Of a stretch of DNA of 64,000 nt, positions 61,830 through 64,000 are shown in pieces. Under the pieces are notes generated by a model, which saw nothing but the letters and a program-made list of their open reading frames with translations, had not been told where the DNA came from and did not search any database. The stretch covers positions 26,722,001 through 26,786,000 of the forward strand of contig CATNEN010000001.1 of assembly GCA_950097015.1 (NCBI GenBank), in the 5' to 3' direction. Each line of letters opens with the position of its first letter. Positions within the stretch are counted from its first letter, which is position 1. The DNA is from Macrostomum hystrix (taxonomy: Eukaryota; Animalia; Platyhelminthes). The position numbers and the translations under genes are program-made.

Positions 61830-62808
61830 GGATTGGCTGGCTGGATTAGTGTTAGGATTGGCTGGCTAGATTCGTGTTAGGATTGGCTGGATGGATTCGT
61901 GTTAGGATTGGCTGGCTGGATTCGTGTTAGGATTGGATGGATTCGTGTTAGGATTGGCTGGATGGATTCGTGTTAGGATTGGCTGGATGGATTCGTATTA
62001 GGATTGGCTGGCTGGATTCGTGTTAGGATTGGATGGATTCGTGTTAGGATTGGCTGGATTCGTGTTAGAATTGGCTGGATGGATTCGTGTTAGGATTGGC
62101 TGGATGGATTCGTGTTAGAATTGGCTGGATGGATTCGTGTTAGGATTGGCTGGCTGGATTCGTGTTAGGATTGGATGGATTCGTGTTAGGATTGGCTGGA
62201 TGGATTCGTGTTAGGATTGGCTGGATGGATTCGTGTTAGGATTGGCTGGATTCGTGTTAGGATTGGATGGATTCGTGTTAGGATTGGCTGAATTCGTGTT
62301 AAGATTGGCTGGATGGATTCGTGTTAGGATTGACTGAATTCGTGTTAAGATTGGCTGGATGGATTCGTGTTAGGATTGGCTGGATGGATTCGTGTTAGGA
62401 TTGGCTGGATGGATTCGTGTTAGGATTGGCTGGATGGATTCGTGTTAGAATTGGCTGGATGGATTCGTGTTAGGATTGGCTGGCTGGATTCGTGTTAGGA
62501 TTGGATGGATTCGTGTTAGGATTGGCTGGATGGATTCGTGTTAGGATTGGCTGGATTCGTGTTAGGATTGGATGGATTCGTGTTAGGATTGGCTGGATGG
62601 ATTCGTGTTAGGATTGGCTGAATTCGTGTTAAGATTGGCTGGATGGATTCGTGTTAGGATTGGCTGAATTCGTGTTAAGATTGGCTGGATGGATTCGTGT
62701 TAGGATTGGCTGGATGGATTCGTGTTAGGATTGGCTGGATGGATTCGTGTTAGGATTGGCTGGATGGATTCGTGTTAGGATTGGCTGGATGGATCCCTGT
62801 TAGGATTG
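61830..62808. repeat. ~21-25-bp minisatellite (GGATTCGTGTTAGGATTGGCTGGAT)n
   Basis: Directly visible. Confidence 0.93.
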
Positions 62809-63284
62809 TTTTTATCGATGGAAGAAACAAACCAACATATAAAACAGCTCGTACCATAAGCAGAGTCTGGAGCAGTTTTAAAAATGTTATTATTTTCTTT
62901 ATCACCAGTCTAAAGAATACAAAATCCAAAGCTTTAATCACCAAACAGTTTTGTAAGCGTAAGCAATCAAACTAAAAAAATATATATAATTTTTTAAATC
63001 AGATGAAAATGCAGTTTTTATGCGAAGCAATATATTTCAAATGAGACTAATATGATTACTACCTTAATTTGCCAGCCGGTACCTAAGGCTACGGTCTTAT
63101 TAATTAGTATATTCTGGCTCTTAGATACAATTTATAGTGTGTTAGGCGCAAACAAATGCTGAAATCAATTCGCCAAACTAGTTTGAAAACCATTTCCTAT
63201 TGACTGCCGGCCAGGTAAAACTAGTTCAAAACAATGCCGATGCAGTTTTGACCACAATGGGTCACTATAGCAGACTCAATGCCG

Positions 63285-64000
63285 TTAGAAGCCGCGCGAA
63301 GAAGGTCGCCAGCCGCCGATGAGGCTGCGAGTTCGCCGTGGCCTGCGCGGAACCTGCAAGAAGCCGCCGCCGCCACCGCCGGATCGCCGCTGGATCGCCA
63401 AGGGCGCGGACGCGGAGTCGACCAGCTCGTCAATACGGCTAGTCGAAACGGCGGATGCTGGCGCTCCAGACGCGGCATCGTCTGGCATCGTCAAGTCGAC
63501 GGTGTCGGAGATGTTGAGGAGGCCGGCGTAGCGAGCTGCTGACAGGCACAGGCGGCCGTCGATGCGAACGGACAGCGAGGCGCGGTCGCTGCTGCCAACA
63601 ACGCCAACGGCTGGGGCAGTCAGTTCGACGGCAAGTCCGGCCGCCACGGAAAGAGAGGCTGCGTCGTCCGGAAATCGAGCAGCAACTTCCGCAGGGGAGG
63701 CGGCTAGGAGCAGAGAAGGGCAGTGCTGGAGCAGCGGCTTCGCAAGCGGGGTCAAGTCGATGGACTCGAAGTCGCTGGTGTTGACCGAGGCTTCGGCGGC
63801 TCCGGCGGCAGCCAGAGCGTCGGTCAGTGGACGCAGCTGCTTGGGCGTCAGCAGCATGTCGACGGTTTGATGTACGCAGGCTAGACAGGCGGAGGCGACG
63901 GTCAAGGCGGCCACGCAGAGACTGTCAGGGCCGCAGTTGCGGTGCCAGACAATGCACCGGTAGCGCCGCACGGGCGACAGCGATTGGTCGAGAGCGACGG
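63285..64000 (-). CDS. 3' part of an unidentified GC-rich coding exon running off the window end
   Basis: Non-repetitive open frame with exon-like GC content, ending in a stop at 63285; family not recognised. Confidence 0.6.
   Translation of the reverse strand, partial: VALDQSLSPVRRYRCIVWHRNCGPDSLCVAALTVASACLACVHQTVDMLLTPKQLRPLTDALAAAGAAEASVNTSDFESIDLTPLAKPLLQHCPSLLLAASPAEVAARFPDDAASLSVAAGLAVELTAPAVGVVGSSDRASLSVRIDGRLCLSAARYAGLLNISDTVDLTMPDDAASGAPASAVSTSRIDELVDSASAPLAIQRRSGGGGGGFLQVPRRPRRTRSLIGGWRPSSRGF

Overview
Repeat-rich animal (eukaryotic) genomic DNA. It has GT-AG introns, GC-rich exons, about 19 micro/minisatellite arrays, tRNA-derived SINEs and interstitial TTAGGG, and looks like a free-living flatworm such as Macrostomum (inference). 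Genes reconstructed by hand: a 5-CUB SOL-1-like surface protein (+, 9.4-18.4 kb); two 2-exon secreted WSC-PAN/Apple genes (20-21 kb and 42-43 kb); an orphan secreted two-domain protein; a cluster of six intronless PAN/Apple-C-type-lectin copies between the two WSC genes, with near-identical constant blocks and hypervariable CTLD segments; a 6-exon GATA factor with a degenerate N-finger; intronless AMDHD1/HutI; an ankyrin-repeat gene; and the 3' end of VPS13. The top candidate novelty is a ~243-bp TG...CA solo-LTR-like element, present in 2 copies with 5-bp TSDs, which folds into a highly paired RNA capped by a type-I hammerhead-ribozyme-like core, i.e. a possible animal LTR retrozyme. Second is the 20-43 kb modular lectin/effector locus with mosaic constant/variable lectins. 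Gene models and RNA folds were read by eye. SINE and satellite boundaries are approximate.
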